64,000 nt of DNA from Limnochordia bacterium (lineage in GTDB: Bacteria; Bacillota; Limnochordia; DTU080): positions 1 through 64,000 of the forward strand of contig JBMNJG010000005.1 in assembly GCA_050951545.1 (NCBI GenBank), read 5' to 3'. This document shows positions 1 to 9,463 of the stretch, piece after piece. Each line of letters begins with the position of its first letter. The first letter of the stretch is position 1. A program made the position numbers and the translations under genes. The notes beneath the pieces are model-generated. The model was given only the letters and a program-made list of their open reading frames with translations. It was not told where the DNA came from and ran no database searches.

Positions 1-1354
1 CCTTTTCCTCGATAGGTAGCCGCTGTCTTTTCTTGCTTTTGCCAGTTTCCTGTGGGTCGCGTACCCAACATTGCGCATCGAGAATTCCTAACGGCGTTCC
101 CTCTGGCGTAAAAGCCAAGGTATCGTGCAAGAGCATACCGAGACCCTCACCGCCGGAACCTGTGGGACCAAGCCCCTCCGTCATAGGATGCGTATTATAA
201 TCGAGAGTGGTGGTATCCTGAGGGGCGAGCACCACGGGATGCTCTTTGATACGCTCAATTGTGGCCTCCGTATGAGGCGTGAGTATTACGTCCATGCTAA
301 CCGCCTTATTGTTGAAGAATCGATATGCCGCCATCGTGCGAGCCTTCGAACCGCATGCCTCTGGTATGTTCGCCTCGGAGTTATTGTAGAAATCCTGAGC
401 GAGTATGTACAGACGCTGCTTCAGCCTTTCGTCAAAGAAACGAACGGTGCCAAACTCCTCTTCAGCCCAGTGAGCTGGCTCTTCAGGCCGAGGTAGCTCA
501 CATAGTTGCACTGGTGGAGCCTGACACAGACTTTGCCGCCACTCAGCGCAAAGAGGATAGAGAAAGATTCGTTTCCGAACACCGTCTCGCCTTCCTGCTG
601 TGACGCCGACTTCCTCCCAGTTGGCCGCTTTGTAGCATGTGCCTAAGAAATGAGAAGGATCAACAAAGCTCTCTACCAATAACGGGCGAACGGCGTAGCG
701 CTCCTCCCAATCGTCCGCCAGCCGAGCAAGCGCCAAGGATAGCACGTGCGAGGCCAGATTGGGTACTTCCACCGAGGGTGCGATCAAGAAGCGAGCATTG
801 CAGACAACCTGTGGCAAATTCGCTCTTCTGGCTGCTTCAGTCCAACCAATGTGTTCGTCACGTGCCCTGAGCGCAAACGATGCCGACGTGAAAGCTAAGG
901 CCCCTATGGCCCCATAGATCGAGCTCTCCACCAGGTACCTAATCTGAGCGCCACATAGCGGGCCGCTCCCCAAGTAATGATAGGTATCCAAAAGAGATCG
1001 CCAGGTCTGATGCGCTTTGGCGTAGCGACTACTAACGGGTTGCACAATGATCTCACCCAACTCCTGTAGCGAGCAGGCGACCTGTGCAACCTCTATCCCA
1101 ACAGGATCACCCAGATCCTGGAAAGCAAAGGTGGTGTTAACTGCAGGTAGGGAGACCAAGTCTCTACGTTCAAGCTCCGCAAGAGCTTTGCGGCAACCCA
1201 TCTCCTTCGGGTCACCATTAGGCGAACGCCAATCGTTCTCATCACACAATCGCCGGGACAACTCTCGGCGGGAGATCGAAGGCTCCGCCTTGACCCACCT
1301 GTTAATCATCTCGATAATGGACTTGGTAAAATGAAAGCCGTTGATCCACATCAT
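1..1354 (-). CDS. IS4-family (IS50/Tn5-like) transposase with N-terminal DUF4338/DruA-like domain; runs off the left edge (not in ORF track)
   Basis: Manual translation of minus strand from ATG 1354 is open to base 1. N-term: SRRELSRRLC..W, YHYLG, RDEHIGW, VVCNARFLI..NLASHVL, LVESFVD..GTCYKAANW (DUF4338 motifs). C-term: WAEEEFG..DERLKQRL, AAYRFFNN, QDTTTLDY, LHDTLAFTPEGTPLG, PIEEK (IS4/Tn5 motifs). Confidence 0.9.
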   Translation of the reverse strand, partial: MMWINGFHFTKSIIEMINRWVKAEPSISRRELSRRLCDENDWRSPNGDPKEMGCRKALAELERRDLVSLPAVNTTFAFQDLGDPVGIEVAQVACSLQELGEIIVQPVSSRYAKAHQTWRSLLDTYHYLGSGPLCGAQIRYLVESSIYGAIGALAFTSASFALRARDEHIGWTEAARRANLPQVVCNARFLIAPSVEVPNLASHVLSLALARLADDWEERYAVRPLLVESFVDPSHFLGTCYKAANWEEVGVTAGRRDGVRKRIFLYPLCAEWRQSLCQAPPVQLCELPRPEEPAHWAEEEFGTVRFFDERLKQRLYILAQDFYNNSEANIPEACGSKARTMAAYRFFNNKAVSMDVILTPHTEATIERIKEHPVVLAPQDTTTLDYNTHPMTEGLGPTGSGGEGLGMLLHDTLAFTPEGTPLGILDAQCWVRDPQETGKSKKRQRLPIEEK

Positions 1355-1360
1355 GCCTAA

Positions 1361-1390
1361 AGGCTAGCATGATCAACCCCCCGGTGTCAA
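1361..1390 (-). promoter_or_regulatory. sigmaA-type transposase promoter TTGACA-N18-TAGCCT with TGn extension
   Basis: Perfect -35 at 1390-1385 and -10 at 1366-1361; the ATG at 1354 lies where +1 is expected. Confidence 0.55.
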
Positions 1391-1407
1391 GCGTGTGCGA
1401 GGACTAG

Positions 1408-3275
1408 GCGTGTGCGGGGGAGCCACGACTCGCTCGGAGCAGTCGCAGCGTGATGGAGGTCAATCCCCGCGTGTGCGGGGGAGCCCGCGTGTCGATGCGC
1501 CGTGCGGGGTCAATCCCCGCGTGTGCGGGGGAGCCACGGCGGTCCGTGCCAGGGTCAATCCCCGCGTGTGCGGGGGAGCCTTCCAGGCCAGATCCCGTCG
1601 GCCCATCGTGGCGATCGACGAGGTCAATCCCCGCGTGTGCGGGGGAGCCATCCACACATGCGACGCTGATCAACTCTTAGGGGTCAATCCCCGCGTGTGC
1701 GGGGGAGCCGGATAGCTATGCTGATGCCTGTCCACGAGCAGGGTCAATCCCCGCGTGTGCGGGGGAGCCGTCCGCGCAAGGCACTGAACCGATCGTGTAC
1801 ATACGCGATTGGGGTCAATCCCCGCGTGTGCGGGGGAGCCGCCCAGCATCTCGTTAACCCACAAGTACAACGGTCAATCCCCGCGTGTGCGGGGGAGCCC
1901 ATCGCCGGCGGCGCCGGCTCCCCCGTCAGGTCAATCCCCGCGTGTGCGGGGGAGCCCGCGCCTACTGCTGGAGCAGCATCCGGAGGTCAATCCCCGCGTG
2001 TGCGGGGGAGCCCGCGTGAGCGCTTGGATCCGCGCGGGCTGTTGCGGGTCAATCCCCGCGTGTGCGGGGGAGCCAGTGCCTGCAGTGCCCGGCGTATTGA
2101 TCTGCGTGGGTCAATCCCCGCGTGTGCGGGGGAGCCGCCGGCGATGCGCAGTTCACCCCGCGACAGGAGGTCAATCCCCGCGTGTGCGGGGGAGCCGACG
2201 CCGTGCCCGACAGGTATCAGAGGACGCGGTCAATCCCCGCGTGTGCGGGGGAGCCGACGGCGCAAGCCGCGATCACAGCATGGAGGCGGTCAATCCCCGC
2301 GTGTGCGGGGGAGCCGACCACCCGCTCAGGAAGCATCCCGAATGCTCCGGTCAATCCCCGCGTGTGCGGGGGAGCCGCCCTCAGTTTCTAAGCCCGGCCC
2401 TGATGACCTCACGGTCAATCCCCGCGTGTGCGGGGGAGCCGCACCAGAACATTCCGATAGGATGCCGATTTGGGTCAATCCCCGCGTGTGCGGGGGAGCC
2501 TACAGCATGCAACTCAGCGCCTCTGCGCATGGGTCAATCCCCGCGTGTGCGGGGGAGCCCATGCAACTAGCGGCATGCCTACTACAGGGGAGGTCAATCC
2601 CCGCGTGTGCGGGGGAGCCTGCTCATTCGAGATGATCCGCCGTTTTAGGGTCAATCCCCGCGTGTGCGGGGGAGCCGGAGCATGCGGGATAGACGGCAGA
2701 GTCTGCCCGGGTCAATCCCCGCGTGTGCGGGGGAGCCTAGCTGACCAAGCTCGAGCTGCTGTGCAGGGGTCAATCCCCGCGTGTGCGGGGGAGCCGACGA
2801 CTAGGCCAGCTGGGATCGGAATCGGGTCAATCCCCGCGTGTGCGGGGGAGCCCATCTCTCGGCGCTCGTCAGCGCTATGAGGGTCAATCCCCGCGTGTGC
2901 GGGGGAGCCCACGCCGGCATTCAGTGATCAGCGAGCGGAGGTCAATCCCCGCGTGTGCGGGGGAGCCGCCCTTCGCCTAGGCCAGCGTATCGATGCGGTC
3001 AATCCCCGCGTGTGCGGGGGAGCCGGGCCTAGAGCCTCGACCTAGTGCTCGCTCAGCGGTCAATCCCCGCGTGTGCGGGGGAGCCGTGCGCTTAGACGCT
3101 CCGCATCCCCGCGTGTGACCATTTGCAGGTCGCGGTCAATCCCCGCGTGTGCGGGGGAGCCTCTCCCTCGCGATGTCGCCAACGCGTGGGGTCAATCCCC
3201 GCGTGTGCGGGGGAGCCCTCAGCTGGAGTCTGCGGCAAGGCGTCGCGGGTCAATCCCCGCGTGTGCGGGGGAGCC
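1408..3275 (-). CRISPR. Type I-E CRISPR array, 28-bp repeat GGCTCCCCCGCACACGCGGGGATTGACC (minus strand), 31 full + 1 truncated repeat, 31 spacers
   Basis: Identical GGTCAATCCCCGCGTGTGCGGGGGAGCC copies from 1458 to 3275 with an internal CCCCGC/GCGGGG palindrome; adjacent to cas2. Confidence 0.99.
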
Positions 3276-3568
3276 TCTTTACAAGCATGGGTATCTCGTG
3301 TAACATAAAGGGTTCTACCCCTAGCCGGCGTCCCGTTCTCGTACGCCTACGCTCACACAACGCCCATATCCCCAACGTCGTTAATTGGGAGATCGGGTGC
3401 AGGGGTGTGCACGCTGTCTCCGAGTTCTTCGACGTTGCCAGTCGGTCCCCTTCCCGCTTCCTATAGCGAGGGCTGCAGGGGCCCTGACCTGCTCGGCTTC
3501 AACGTGCAATTCGCCACCCAGCCATCACGCCCAGTGCATCTGACTGAGGTGTCGATTGGGAACCCCTG
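3276..3568 (-). promoter_or_regulatory. Putative CRISPR leader
   Basis: Non-coding gap between the cas2 stop and the first repeat; repeat orientation fits minus-strand transcription. Confidence 0.7.
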
Positions 3569-3859
3569 TCATGTGGATCGCATCGCTAGCACGATACCGT
3601 CTACCTCCATTAGGTTCACAGGGGGCACCCCTAGCGTCTTCACTGCCTGGCCGCCCGGCAGGCGCGGCTCCCGCCATAACATGACAATGCTGGCCTCCCT
3701 TTCAGCGGCAAACCACTCCTCCAACACACCCCAGATACGATCACGTACCGCCACAGACAGACGTACCCCTGTATAAACCCCAGGCCCCAGCTCCAGCATC
3801 GACGAGCTGAGGAACCCCCGCACCCTATCACTGACATTACGAGTCACGATTACTGTCAT
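3569..3859 (-). CDS. cas2: Type I-E Cas2
   Basis: MTVIVTRNVSDRVRGFL..MLELGPGVY, DGIVL; follows cas1. Confidence 0.95.
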   Translation of the reverse strand: MTVIVTRNVSDRVRGFLSSSMLELGPGVYTGVRLSVAVRDRIWGVLEEWFAAEREASIVMLWREPRLPGGQAVKTLGVPPVNLMEVDGIVLAMRST

Positions 3860-4733
3860 CGGCTCCGAGAAGCTCCTTGATCCGATTTATCATTGCCGGG
3901 ATCAGCTTGTGTTTCCCAAACCAACGTGCAGCTTCATAGCGCACCTCACGCTCTAATGACAGCTGCGGATTCTGAGCCACCTTAGCTGCCACTGAAAACG
4001 CCAAGGGTACCGTGATATCAACGCGCCACAGATCAGCGACATCAAGCGTGAAGGCGTTGCTAGACTCCTCGTGAACAAAGCCCAATGGAGGCAAGGCACC
4101 CACTGCCGCTACGGCGATCTCAGCTGCCGCTTCGACGAACGTCGACGCGTGATTGATTGCCTGATTCGGGAGGTCTGCCGCTTCTGGGTTCTGTCGATCG
4201 TACCTCCGTCCATGCCAGTCCACACCGTATTTATCCGCCAGTATGCGGTAGGACTCTCTTACCCTGGCACCCTCGATACCGCGCAAGGCACTAATGTCTC
4301 GGTGGGGCAGCACCTCCCGGAATCGATAGGCGTACATCCGCCTGGCGACGCGCAAACGGGCATCTTGATCAGCCCACAGACGGGCGTGGGCTCGCGCAAC
4401 GTCGGAACGTCCCTGTCCCATGGGAGGCGCGGTGTAGAACTTCACACCGCCCTCCCCAACAGCAGCAAGCAGCGTACCATGGCGAGCCAGGATCCGCAGT
4501 ACATCGTGCGAGATCGTGGTCCCGGGACCCATCAGGATCATTGAGACAGTCTGGTATGGGATGGCATAGTCACCGGCGGCCATACCGTCGCTACCAGAAG
4601 TGAGAAAGTGCAGCGTGCCATCGCGGACGATCAACTTCCCTCTCGACAGCCATAGCAGCCCATGGCGATCGACATGTGGCACCCGGGCCCCTGCTAGCCC
4701 AAGGCGGCCTGCAAACAGAGGTGACCCATTCAT
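3837..4733 (-). CDS. cas1: Type I-E Cas1
   Basis: GPGTTISH, LRGIEGARVR..Y, NQAIN, PPLGFVH, F..DVADL motifs. Confidence 0.97.
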   Translation of the reverse strand: MNGSPLFAGRLGLAGARVPHVDRHGLLWLSRGKLIVRDGTLHFLTSGSDGMAAGDYAIPYQTVSMILMGPGTTISHDVLRILARHGTLLAAVGEGGVKFYTAPPMGQGRSDVARAHARLWADQDARLRVARRMYAYRFREVLPHRDISALRGIEGARVRESYRILADKYGVDWHGRRYDRQNPEAADLPNQAINHASTFVEAAAEIAVAAVGALPPLGFVHEESSNAFTLDVADLWRVDITVPLAFSVAAKVAQNPQLSLEREVRYEAARWFGKHKLIPAMINRIKELLGADDSNRDS

Positions 4734-5461
4734 GACGCTGGCCCCAACAAAAGCATTCCGTACCCGAATGAACGGTGTCTGCCAATTCCGTGGCCGAGAA
4801 GCTCAGTGAAGCCGTCCGCGTCGTTGACGACGACTTCCCCGCGCATAAGAGCTTGGGGGCGAACCAACTGACTGCGCTTGCGCGACCCACCTGAGAGTTG
4901 TCCGCGCCGCGTCTGACGTAGGAGGCGAAAGCCAGCCAGTGAGATAGCGGTCACGGTGGCTACCCCGTCACGCTCCAGACGCTCACGAACCCACTCGCAA
5001 TACACATCGTCCCTGCGAACCTCGCCCGAGTCGCCTTCGTCAGCACGGATCAGAAACAGATCCTTCTCCACACCACTTGCCGCCTTCCGCCCGACAGGAC
5101 AGCACTGGAGCTCAAAAGCCAGGCGTCGCCCCGGACGCCAGGTCGGCATCGGTTTGCCTAGAATGGCTGTGTCTGGTTCCGGGCACACCGCGAGCACACC
5201 AGGGGTGGCAAAATCCTGCAACCTCTGTCGTAGTCTCCCTGCCCCTACACTTGAGTACCCCAAGATTCGAGTAGGTCGCCTCCGATCCATGAACAGACGC
5301 CAGGGTTTCGGTGCCTGCTCGCCGAAGGCTGCGCCTAACCAGGCATGTATCCCATATCCCAGGTCTTCATCACCATCTCGCGTCTCTAGCCCTTGATCGC
5401 GCAGAAAGTAAAGCAAGGCAGCCAGATCCGGTCGTAGTTCAACCATGTGCAGTGTTGTCAT
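4730..5461 (-). CDS. cas6e: Cas6e/CasE
   Basis: C-terminal GIGRHRSFGYGMLLL glycine loop; start moved to ATG 5461 behind a GGGAG RBS. Confidence 0.93.
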   Translation of the reverse strand: MTTLHMVELRPDLAALLYFLRDQGLETRDGDEDLGYGIHAWLGAAFGEQAPKPWRLFMDRRRPTRILGYSSVGAGRLRQRLQDFATPGVLAVCPEPDTAILGKPMPTWRPGRRLAFELQCCPVGRKAASGVEKDLFLIRADEGDSGEVRRDDVYCEWVRERLERDGVATVTAISLAGFRLLRQTRRGQLSGGSRKRSQLVRPQALMRGEVVVNDADGFTELLGHGIGRHRSFGYGMLLLGPAS

Positions 5462-6230
5462 CAGTGCTCCCCCCCAAGAGGCCCTCAATGCGCAATCGGC
5501 TCCCAGCGGGGATCTGGTTAGCCCAGTCCCGCAAGCCAGCGACACGTTGTGTCTGACCCCGCCCTTCCTGACCCAGTTCAGCAGGCCAAGAGGCCGTCAG
5601 CGTGGCATCGTAGGGCTGAGGCATGCCGTAGCGATCCCACACTGGCACATGTCGCAAGATGGTCAGTAGGTTCTCACCCTCGGCCATGGGAGTCAGCGGG
5701 TCCAGCAAAGGACGCGCCGGAAGACATGTCTTGCGTCCAAGAAACAACGGCCGGGCTGGCTGGCGAAACGCCCCCAACAAAGTGTCCAAGTCCGGCTCCT
5801 CGCAACCCTTCAGGCTCAAAACCAGGGTCATCAGGCCATCCATCCAATAATGGCGGTATCGCTGGTGAGTCCCGAACTTGGCTGCGGCCCCACCGCCCCG
5901 ATGGTCGGGCTGCCCCCGTGTGGTCCAACCGCCTACGGGGTCACCCCTTTTCTGACGGTTCGCGTATCCGACCATTTTCGGTTGCCCCAAGTCCACGGTA
6001 TGGTAGTCTACCATGCGCTGGGGCCATACATCCCAGCGGGCAGCGAACTCAATGCGCTCCTGCAGCCCTTGGAGCTTGGCGAAGTCTCCATGTTCCCATC
6101 CCAGGGCGTTCGCTGCCAGACCCGTCAGCATAGACGTAGCGGGGAAGGCGTCCACGAACCCGTGCTGATCGATCATCACCCCGCCGTAGCTTGCCATGGG
6201 AGCATCCATGCGTAGCACAAGGCCTCTCAT
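5439..6230 (-). CDS. cas5e: Cas5e/CasD
   Basis: L.MDAPMASYG, P..SMLTGL.ANALG, DYHTV, LFLGRKTC. Confidence 0.95.
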   Translation of the reverse strand: MRGLVLRMDAPMASYGGVMIDQHGFVDAFPATSMLTGLAANALGWEHGDFAKLQGLQERIEFAARWDVWPQRMVDYHTVDLGQPKMVGYANRQKRGDPVGGWTTRGQPDHRGGGAAAKFGTHQRYRHYWMDGLMTLVLSLKGCEEPDLDTLLGAFRQPARPLFLGRKTCLPARPLLDPLTPMAEGENLLTILRHVPVWDRYGMPQPYDATLTASWPAELGQEGRGQTQRVAGLRDWANQIPAGSRLRIEGLLGGSTDDNTAHG

Positions 6231-7396
6231 GACCGCTCCCTCGCTATACCCGTCATGCTCCGCGCGATAGCCTCTCCCAGTGGAACAACCGTCTCCTGCT
6301 CGCGGGGCCAGGTATGTAGCGACGAGACATACCGCTGTTCACCCGTGTCACCATACATGTCCTCTAGGGCTCCTAGGTAAGAAGCCAAAGCCTGCACTGA
6401 CTCGGCCATGGGATGGGCATTCGCCCTCAAGCGCACTGGGCCGAGGAAGGCATTAGCAAGGCTGCGCGGCTGGGCTTGGCCCATCTCCAGAACTACACAC
6501 TCGGCGCGGGCGTAGGGTGCCGTAGCCCCCAGCTTGGCCCCGGGCGTCACCTGGGCGATGGCCTGAATGAGCAGACCCAGCAAATCTTGAGCGTCCTGCA
6601 GGTCCTGCTCCCGCCAGGCGTTCCGACCGCACCCGGTCAGGTTAGATACCAGCAACGGGATGTCCACGGCCACATAGCCGTAGAAGAGTCCCGCCCCCAA
6701 CTCCATATCGTTGGCATGAGCCGCGCCGGTCTCATCCCCAGCTAGATCATCTACAACAGTAAAAAAGTCCACCTCAGTATCCAAGGCATGCGTGGTGAAG
6801 GCATGGGCGACATGCACCGGAGCGTCGACTCTGGCCAGAATATCAGAGGTAACGAAGCGCCCAAACATAGCTCCCTCGAATCCCGCCACAGGATCCTGAA
6901 TGCCTGCCTGACGCAAGAGAACGGCGAAATTCTTCTTACCCTCCTTGATGCGCTCATCAAGGAAGGTCTTGGCCTCTTTCGCCTCACCTTGCCGCGCTGC
7001 TTCGTGGATGAGAGCCGTGAAATAGTCAGCCTCGGGGCGGCCAAACAAGACAGGCTGTTTCATGGCCAAAGTTTCTTTATCAAGAGCATCCTTGGAACCA
7101 GCAGCCGTGAGAATTCCACTGGCAAGATGAATAATGAGCTCCTGGGCTAGTTCGGGGTCGATCCCTTCCTGAACGAGCCGCGGCTTGAGCACCCGGCTAA
7201 AGAAGTAGCGTGTGCGCAAGCCCGAGGGAAGCTCAGTATGCTCGGTCATCCAAGTCCGCCAATGCCGCTTCTGACACTGGCTCGATACTCGCAACCGGGG
7301 GACACCACCAAACACGATTCGCTTGGCGAGCCCCGCGTCGTCCCGATTGAGCAGGCTGGCATGATAGCTGGTCAGGTAGTGAATCTGAAGAAACAT
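6227..7396 (-). CDS. cas7e: Cas7e/CasC
   Basis: FLQIHYL..SLLNRDDAG.AK..FGG..R.RVSSQ, MFGRF, DFFTVVDDL, PRSLANAF. Confidence 0.97.
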   Translation of the reverse strand: MFLQIHYLTSYHASLLNRDDAGLAKRIVFGGVPRLRVSSQCQKRHWRTWMTEHTELPSGLRTRYFFSRVLKPRLVQEGIDPELAQELIIHLASGILTAAGSKDALDKETLAMKQPVLFGRPEADYFTALIHEAARQGEAKEAKTFLDERIKEGKKNFAVLLRQAGIQDPVAGFEGAMFGRFVTSDILARVDAPVHVAHAFTTHALDTEVDFFTVVDDLAGDETGAAHANDMELGAGLFYGYVAVDIPLLVSNLTGCGRNAWREQDLQDAQDLLGLLIQAIAQVTPGAKLGATAPYARAECVVLEMGQAQPRSLANAFLGPVRLRANAHPMAESVQALASYLGALEDMYGDTGEQRYVSSLHTWPREQETVVPLGEAIARSMTGIARERS

Positions 7397-7407
7397 TCAA
7401 TATCACC

Positions 7408-7920
7408 TCACGCTGGTTTCTTTTCAATTGCGTAGTAGAAGTCCCTGGCGATACGGCGGTGGCACTCTTCGCGCCGATCTGCCTGACGCGCCAACAGAAG
7501 CTGTGCAGGCTGAACCCAGTTGCAGGAAACCGCCTTGGCAGCTAGAAACCGCGCCGCCCGCATCAGCAAGGTCCGCTGTGTATCCCCCTCCGCAGAAAGC
7601 AGCCTTTCCAGCCGCGCCTCACTATACCCTCCCTCTGCGAGGACCTTGCCGAAGGGTTGATCAGGGCGGTGGGCGTTGGGGCTCATCCGCGCCATACCAG
7701 CCACCAGCGTCATCCAATCCCGGCGTAGATCCTCTGTGGAGTCCCAGCCTTCCGGCAGATAGCGCAAGGCAAACCGGTAGAAGATGAGCGGAGGTGGCTG
7801 GTCAAGACTCATACGCCGCAGCGCAGCCCGCTCCCCAGTGGCGCACTGTTCGCCTTCTATCACTGCTGCCACTCTGCCGATCACCTGAGCGAGATTCGCT
7901 TCAGGAACCCGTGTGCTCAT
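7408..7920 (-). CDS. cse2: Cse2/CasB (Cas11)
   Basis: RAALRR, YSEARLERLL, IARDFY; position in operon. Confidence 0.9.
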   Translation of the reverse strand: MSTRVPEANLAQVIGRVAAVIEGEQCATGERAALRRMSLDQPPPLIFYRFALRYLPEGWDSTEDLRRDWMTLVAGMARMSPNAHRPDQPFGKVLAEGGYSEARLERLLSAEGDTQRTLLMRAARFLAAKAVSCNWVQPAQLLLARQADRREECHRRIARDFYYAIEKKPA

Positions 7921-9463
7921 GTCTCTCCTCCCTTAGAAATGGAAAGTTATTCTCACTGTACAGGGCCCCCCAGAAAACCCGATCCGACTGTACACGGGCA
8001 CGGTACCGACGCCCTTCACGCTCCGGCATGGCCTCTTGTGCTTCGCGCAAGACTCTGAGGGCGTGCTTGCTCAGTCGCTGAGCCCACTCCCGGAGTATTT
8101 GCCCCGAGTCGAAGGCCTCAGGCACCGACCACAGCCAGGGGAAGTATTCCACCGACCAGAGAGCCTCGAAGCGCCTAGCATAGCGCGTCCACCACGCTTG
8201 CGCGGAATCGCTGTCGTAGTTGATTGTGTCAGGCCCTCCCTCGAGAAATGAGAACACCGCCGGCCTTAGCACACCGCGCTGCATCGCTCCCGCGAAATCG
8301 ATGGCCGCCTTACTAAGGTCTGCCAAGGGCGCGCGCCGCGCTGATGATCCGAAGATCCGCAACCGCGCCGGAGCAGGAATGGGGATCAGCTCTTCATGGA
8401 ACCCCTCAGTGGTACCCTGACCGCGGATCATCACTGATAGGGAGAGCCAGACCGAGCCCTCCCAAGACGGCCCCGGTCTTTGCAGCGGGGTGAGCCGCAG
8501 ATCCTCAGAGAAGATCAAACGGCGCAGCATACCCGCGGTGACTCCGTGCGCTGGCATAGTCAGGGCCTTATCATCAGCCGCACTGAGATCCACGGGCACC
8601 CAGGCATCTCCGACGACACCCTTCAGATCCTGAGACGCAATTCGCATCGCCTCAGTGGGTACAACCTCAGCATAAATACGGTCATGGTCCTTCAGCCGCA
8701 CCCTACGGCAGATCTCTATGTAGAATGGATCGAGCGTCGCGAGGGGCAGACTAGTCTTTCCGTCCCACGGCTCCAGCCAGATCAGCACCAGCCCTTGGGC
8801 GTCATAGCCATAGGGCCCGGCAAGCACTTCTGCGCGATGGTCGAGCAAACGGGTGATTGCGTCGCACCACCGCCTGCCCGGCCGCGGGCTACGCACCAGT
8901 TCCACCACAGCCCGGTTACCGAAACCGCTATTCATTCGCGAAATGCCGTAGTTGCCGCGCCCTAGAAAACCACTCATAGTCTGCAAGCTTACCAAGGCAT
9001 AGACCCACTCGTCTTTCTGGGGGCGAGTCACCCGGGCCCATTTGACGTCATGGTTCTTCGCCGTCGGTAGAAGATCCAGCGCATCCGTAGCGTACTCCAA
9101 GGGTTCAATAGGTTTGAGGCGGGCCTGATCGGCGGCGGGCAGTGGCGGCTGCATGAAAGCAGGACGCGCTGCGTCCTCCACCACTAGGGTCCAAGCCTCA
9201 TCCCCGACTGGCTCAGCCAGCTCTCGTAATCCCGCCAGCCAATAGTCCTCGCTCTGGAGCGGATCACTGTCACCCCGACGGGCCAGTATTGCCCCCGCCA
9301 GGTAACAGAGAAACACGTGGAAGGCATCCTCTTGGTGCCGCTGGATCCCGACTAGGTGCTCCACCTCATCCCGACCCAGGGCGGTCATCAGCGCTGGTAG
9401 AGTCATCGTGACCAATCCCGACGGCGTCTGCGCCCGAAACACTGGATTGCTAAGCAGATTCAT
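7901..9463 (-). CDS. cse1: Cse1/CasA (Cas8e)
   Basis: MNLL start coupled to the cas3 stop (ATGA); PAFMQP, KNHDVK, GRGNYGISRMNSG. Confidence 0.9.
   Translation of the reverse strand: MNLLSNPVFRAQTPSGLVTMTLPALMTALGRDEVEHLVGIQRHQEDAFHVFLCYLAGAILARRGDSDPLQSEDYWLAGLRELAEPVGDEAWTLVVEDAARPAFMQPPLPAADQARLKPIEPLEYATDALDLLPTAKNHDVKWARVTRPQKDEWVYALVSLQTMSGFLGRGNYGISRMNSGFGNRAVVELVRSPRPGRRWCDAITRLLDHRAEVLAGPYGYDAQGLVLIWLEPWDGKTSLPLATLDPFYIEICRRVRLKDHDRIYAEVVPTEAMRIASQDLKGVVGDAWVPVDLSAADDKALTMPAHGVTAGMLRRLIFSEDLRLTPLQRPGPSWEGSVWLSLSVMIRGQGTTEGFHEELIPIPAPARLRIFGSSARRAPLADLSKAAIDFAGAMQRGVLRPAVFSFLEGGPDTINYDSDSAQAWWTRYARRFEALWSVEYFPWLWSVPEAFDSGQILREWAQRLSKHALRVLREAQEAMPEREGRRYRARVQSDRVFWGALYSENNFPFLREERHEHTGS

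Larger units (their letters stand above)
1..1407 (-). mobile_element. IS4-family insertion sequence (partial), inserted within a CRISPR repeat
   Basis: Transposase ORF. Non-repeat sequence ends at 1407 (minus strand reads CTAGTCCTCGCACAC) and is directly followed by the last 17 nt of a repeat (1408-1424). Confidence 0.8.

Noticed and set aside
1-1354. Complete Druantia defence system
   Set aside because: Only a DUF4338-like domain fused to a transposase; no DruE-like helicase or other dru genes in the window.
1425-3247. Self-targeting spacers
   Set aside because: No match noticed by eye within the window; an exhaustive search could not be run.
1395-3466. Many long ORFs across the CRISPR array
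   Set aside because: They are translations of the repeat (SIPACAGEP, VNPRVCGGA), not genes.
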